From an uncultured Pseudomonadota bacterium (GTDB lineage Bacteria > Pseudomonadota > Alphaproteobacteria > JACZXZ01), in NCBI GenBank assembly GCA_963749075.1, contig CAVVLJ010000016.1, positions 640,001 through 704,000 of the forward strand: DNA of 64,000 bases. The letters run 5' to 3'. The notes under the pieces were generated by a model that did no database searches, had not been told where the DNA came from, and saw nothing but the letters and a program-made list of their open reading frames with translations. The position numbers and the translations under genes were made by a program. Numbering within the stretch: position 1 is the stretch's first letter; each line of letters starts with the position of its first letter. Positions 62,498-64,000 of the stretch are shown in pieces.

Positions 62498-63691
62498 TCA
62501 GTAGGAGCGCGGCAGGCCGAGCACGTGCTCGGCGATGTAGGAGAGGATGAGGTTGGTCGAGATGGGGGCCACGCGGTAGAGCCGCGTCTCGCGGAACTTG
62601 CGCTCGATGTCGAACTCCTCGGCGAAGCCGAAGCCGCCGTGGGTCTGCACGCACATGTCGGCCGCCTGCCACGCCGCGTCGGCGCCGAGCAGCTTCGCCA
62701 TGTTGGCCTCCTTGCCGCAGGGCTCGCCGCGGTCGAAGAGCAGCGCCGCGCGCTCGACCATGAGGGCCGCCGCCTCGCTCGCCGCATAGGCCTCTGCGAT
62801 GGGGAACTGCACGCCCTGGTTCTGCCCGATGGGGCGGCCGAAGACGTTGCGCTCGCGCGCATAGGCCGTCGCCTTGTCGATGAACCAGCGCGCGTCGCCG
62901 ATGCATTCGCCCGAGATGAGGATGCGCTCGGCGTTCATGCCGTCGAGGATGTAGCGGAAGCCCTTGCCCTCGTCGCCGATGAGGTTGTCTATGGGCACCT
63001 TCATGTCGTCGAAGAACACCTCGGTGGTGGCGTGGTTCATCATGGTGCGGATGGGGCGGATGGTGAGCCCCTTTCCCTTGGCCTCGCGCATGTCGACGAC
63101 GAAGACGGAGAGCCCCTCGGTGCGCTTCCTCGCCTGCTCCTTGGGCGTGGTGCGCGCCAAGAGCAGCATGAGGTCGGAATGCTCGGCGCGCGAGGTCCAT
63201 AGCTTCTGGCCGTTGACGACATAATAGTCGTTGCCCGCGCGCACCGCCGTGGTGCTGAGCGAGAGCGTGTCGGTGCCCGACGTGGGCTCGGTCACGCCGA
63301 AGGCCTGGAGCCTGAGCTCGCCGCGCGCGATGGCGGGCAGCCAGCGTGCCTTCTGCGCCGCGCTGCCGTGCCGGAGAATGGTGCCCATGGTGTACATCTG
63401 GGCGTGGCAGGCGGCACCGTTGCAGCCGCTCCGGTGAACCTCCTCGAGGATGGCGGTGCTTGCTGCGATGCTGAGGCCGCTGCCGCCGTACGTCTCGGGG
63501 ATGAGGGCGGCCAAGTAGCCGGCCTTGGTGAGGGCCGCCACGAACTCGCTGGGATAGCTGCGCTCGCGGTCGCACTTTCGCCAGTATTCGCCTGGGAAGG
63601 CGGCGCAAAGCGCCCGCACGGCGGCGCGGATCTGGAGGATCTCCTCGGCGCTCGTGGCGTGGGGCTGGCTCGCCTCTTCGAGAGCGGTCAT
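62498..63691 (-). CDS. Acyl-CoA dehydrogenase
   Basis: IPETYGGSG, FGVTEPTSGTD, NGQKLW, R.VFG.PIG.NQ, HGGFGFAEE..IERKFRE. Confidence 0.92.
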   Translation of the reverse strand: MTALEEASQPHATSAEEILQIRAAVRALCAAFPGEYWRKCDRERSYPSEFVAALTKAGYLAALIPETYGGSGLSIAASTAILEEVHRSGCNGAACHAQMYTMGTILRHGSAAQKARWLPAIARGELRLQAFGVTEPTSGTDTLSLSTTAVRAGNDYYVVNGQKLWTSRAEHSDLMLLLARTTPKEQARKRTEGLSVFVVDMREAKGKGLTIRPIRTMMNHATTEVFFDDMKVPIDNLIGDEGKGFRYILDGMNAERILISGECIGDARWFIDKATAYARERNVFGRPIGQNQGVQFPIAEAYAASEAAALMVERAALLFDRGEPCGKEANMAKLLGADAAWQAADMCVQTHGGFGFAEEFDIERKFRETRLYRVAPISTNLILSYIAEHVLGLPRSY

Positions 63692-63850
63692 CGGCGCACC
63701 ATCGGCTTCATGCGCCGCAGTCAAGCCGGATTTGCCGCGGAGCGCAAGGGCGGCGAGGCAGGTCCGAGGCGGTGTCAAGGCGGCAAAAAACCTACTAAGC
63801 TGGCGCCGGCCTCGATGCCGCAAGAAGCTCAGGCGAAGGGAGGATCGGAC

Positions 63851-64000
63851 ATGAAGCTGTTGTGGTTCCACCTCATGCCCTATACCGAGCTGCCCGACGA
63901 CTTCCGTCAGAAGCACCCCTCCGTCTGGGTCGACATCCACTCCTCTCTCTTCGACCCCCGCCGGGCGCACCTCATGTACAACGACTTCATGGACGAGCTG
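63851..64000 (+). CDS. LLM-class flavin-dependent oxidoreductase, 5' partial (runs off the window)
   Basis: RBS GGAAGGA; MKLLWFHLMPYTELPDDF..SVWVD....FDP....YN...DEL resembles luciferase-like monooxygenase N-termini. Confidence 0.65.
   Translation, partial: MKLLWFHLMPYTELPDDFRQKHPSVWVDIHSSLFDPRRAHLMYNDFMDEL

Overview
High-GC (visually about 70%) bacterial DNA, most consistent with an alphaproteobacterium (Rhodospirillales-like; inferred from gene content and repeat types). It is mostly catabolic, transport and signalling genes: a BvgS/RocS-like hybrid kinase with a REC-EAL regulator, TRAP and Liv-type ABC transporters, soxBDAG with a divergent LysR, a PAS-GGDEF protein, hemC, a BKACE cluster interrupted by a toxin-antitoxin pair, hydantoinase/oxoprolinase AB, a Rieske ferredoxin and reductase, fhs, a CoA-transferase and an acyl-CoA dehydrogenase. 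I found no rRNA, tRNA, CRISPR array or IS transposase. Four genes are broken by small insertions (about 3052, 22429, 30789-30799, 49300), probably long-read errors. The most notable signals are: (1) a DUF559 (Vsr-like) endonuclease gene bracketed by 43-bp inverted hairpin repeats, with an empty gene-less copy and covarying single copies elsewhere, suggesting a REP/REPIN-like mobile system driven by a non-RAYT nuclease; (2) a lower-GC 5xGAF-kinase/REC/adenylate cyclase module bracketed by two degenerate direct repeats, like a gene cassette; (3) an exported WD40-caspase locus with an autotransporter barrel and a lipoprotein hydrolase; (4) an unannotated lytic-transglycosylase-like gene with an overlapping putative immunity gene; (5) an inverted Hpt-domain remnant. 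Product calls come from motifs read in the translations. No database searches were run.
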